This document shows positions 63,409 to 64,000 of a stretch of 64,000 nucleotides of DNA, in pieces. The notes below the pieces were generated by a model, which was given only the letters and a program-made list of their open reading frames with translations, ran no database searches and was not told the DNA's origin. Each line of letters begins with the position of its first letter. The first letter of the stretch is position 1. Both the position numbers and the translations under genes were made by a program. The stretch is from Malacoraja senta. Its lineage: Eukaryota. The stretch is from positions 16,742,001-16,806,000 of the forward strand of contig CM075988.1 of the NCBI GenBank assembly GCA_038087875.1, written 5' to 3'.

Positions 63409-64000
63409 GCATCTCAGGATAAAAGGAATAGGTGACGTTTCAAGTCGAGACCCATCTTCAGAATCAGTCACAAAAACAGACTATTTGATCATTTTCACAA
63501 TACTTTTATTGAGAGTTGTCCGTACGTTGACTGCCACATTACCCAACTTATTTCTATCACTTTGAAGGTTCAATGGTGAAAATACAAATCAAGGTCAGGT
63601 CTACGGAGACTGCAGGTGCTGGAATCTTGAGGACAAAACAAAGTTCTAGAACTCAGCAGGCCAGGTAACATCTGCAGAGGGAAATGAACAGATGATGTTT
63701 TGGCTCAGGACCCTTCTTCAGTATGCCCAATGTTTCGTGCCAGACCCTTCTTCAGACTATAGATGGTGGAAGTACGGCTTACATTCAACAGAGTCACATT
63801 GTCCATGCTGACAGAGTTGCATTCTGGAATAGTCCTATTTGCCTTTATTTGGCCCATATCTCTCCAAACCATTCCTAGCCATATATCTGTCTATGTGTCT
63901 TTTGAAAGTCATAATTGTATCCATTTCTACAGGTTCTCTGGTAGTTTGTTCCAGGTATGGACTTCCCTCTGAATGAAAAAGTTGCCCCAGAGGTCCCTCT

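Noticed and set aside
20..63760. Recurrent short palindromic motif as a CRISPR-like array
   Set aside because: Dispersed, on both strands, irregularly spaced and eukaryotic; explained by the PLE units

Overview
Eukaryotic, vertebrate non-coding DNA (large intron or intergenic). It is very probably from a cartilaginous fish (skate/ray-like), inferred from the repeat content. No host protein-coding gene is recognisable: every ORF with a recognisable product is a transposon fragment. The window is a dense, often nested mosaic of tRNA-headed V-domain (HE1-like) SINEs, CR1, Rex/Babar, L2 and L1 LINE 3' fragments, ancient Deu-domain SINE relics, Penelope-like elements (PLE, GIY-YIG), a non-autonomous Helitron and a 1038-bp TIR DNA transposon with a 7-bp TSD. 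The most striking system is more than 20 short PLE-derived units carrying a minimal hammerhead-ribozyme motif (CTGANGA-A-GGGT-loop-RCCC-GAAAC-GTH). Many are flanked by their own 10-16 bp target-site duplications and many are arranged as fold-back inverted pairs. There is also a young GC-rich non-coding retroposon with a Pol II-like 5' end, a 138-bp tandem repeat and a LINE-type 3' hairpin/tail. Repeat-free islands hold candidate regulatory elements and a few speculative minus-strand exons. Repeat boundaries were read by eye and are approximate unless a TSD is quoted.
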